Shown here: piece by piece, positions 63,492 to 64,000 of the stretch
Numbering within the stretch: the first letter of the stretch is position 1
Layout: the number at the start of each line of letters is the position of its first letter
Source of the DNA: Octopus sinensis
Lineage: Eukaryota
Direction of reading: 5' to 3'
Length of the DNA: 64,000 nucleotides
Assembly: GCF_006345805.1 (NCBI RefSeq)
Contig: NC_043006.1
Location: 92,814,001 to 92,878,000, forward strand
Made by a program: the position numbers and the translations under genes
Notes under the pieces: generated by a model
What the model was told of the DNA's origin: nothing
Databases searched by the model: none
Seen by the model: only the letters and a program-made list of their open reading frames with translations

Positions 63492-64000
63492 ATATGTATA
63501 TGAAAATTCTAAGTATACATAACCGAAAAATAAAATAATACTTCAATAATTAAATACTTTAAAATTAAATAAAATACACATATCTATTACAAGTCATTAA
63601 ATTGTAATCAAAATAAGAAATGTGTCAAATTTAGACAAACTCCTTACATAAGCTAACCATATAATAGATATAAATTGTAGTATCTTTAGATTTAATATAA
63701 CAATCTATAATAAAATAGACTAAATATCAAATAATATAATACCTAATTAACTTCAATTTAGTATTACAAATACATAATCCACCTATATATCAATAACTAG
63801 TATAATATATTATAATATATATATATATATATATATAATAGCGAGAATAATATGTTAATGGAAAGTAAGAAACCTATCAACCCCAATTTCAAGAAAGGTG
63901 CTAAAATATTCAAACCAAAGAACAATATACTATGAAGATGTACAATCACAATCACCAGTCGTCTACCAAACCTGTCAATATTATTAACAATAATAAAAAC

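Noticed and set aside
1-64000. CRISPR array, rRNA, prokaryotic operon or known conserved miRNA
   Set aside because: No regularly spaced repeat-spacer array, no rRNA-like sequence, and no match to the conserved miRNA sequences I could recall.

Overview
This is AT-rich eukaryotic DNA dense in microsatellites. The SINE families and (TA)n/(CA)n load suggest an octopus or related cephalopod; that assignment is inferred from recalled repeat families, not from a database search. I found no convincing host protein-coding exon, rRNA, true tRNA gene or CRISPR array. Most short ORFs in the track are microsatellite translations or antisense frames of transposon relics. The window is mainly mobile-element debris: (1) four or five R4/Dong-type non-LTR retrotransposons in 5.4-21.6 kb, nearly all on the minus strand and mostly flanked by (TAA)n, one of them near full length (about 15.3-19.2 kb, two in-frame stops and one N-terminal frameshift); (2) RTE, CR1 and Penelope (RT plus GIY-YIG) relics; (3) a maT-type transposase relic, a fold-back mariner derivative, a MITE and a probable Helentron-type non-autonomous element; (4) several tRNA-headed SINE families. 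The most interesting signal is a set of about nine minimal type-I hammerhead ribozyme motifs from several unrelated sequence families. Two are identical, fully intact copies 476 nt apart in an ORF-less tandem unit at 42.6-43.3 kb, an arrangement that could release and circularise a 476-nt RNA (retrozyme-like). One SINE family also combines a tRNA head with a hammerhead-bearing tail. All folds and alignments were done by eye, and relic boundaries are approximate (roughly plus or minus 10-30 bp).
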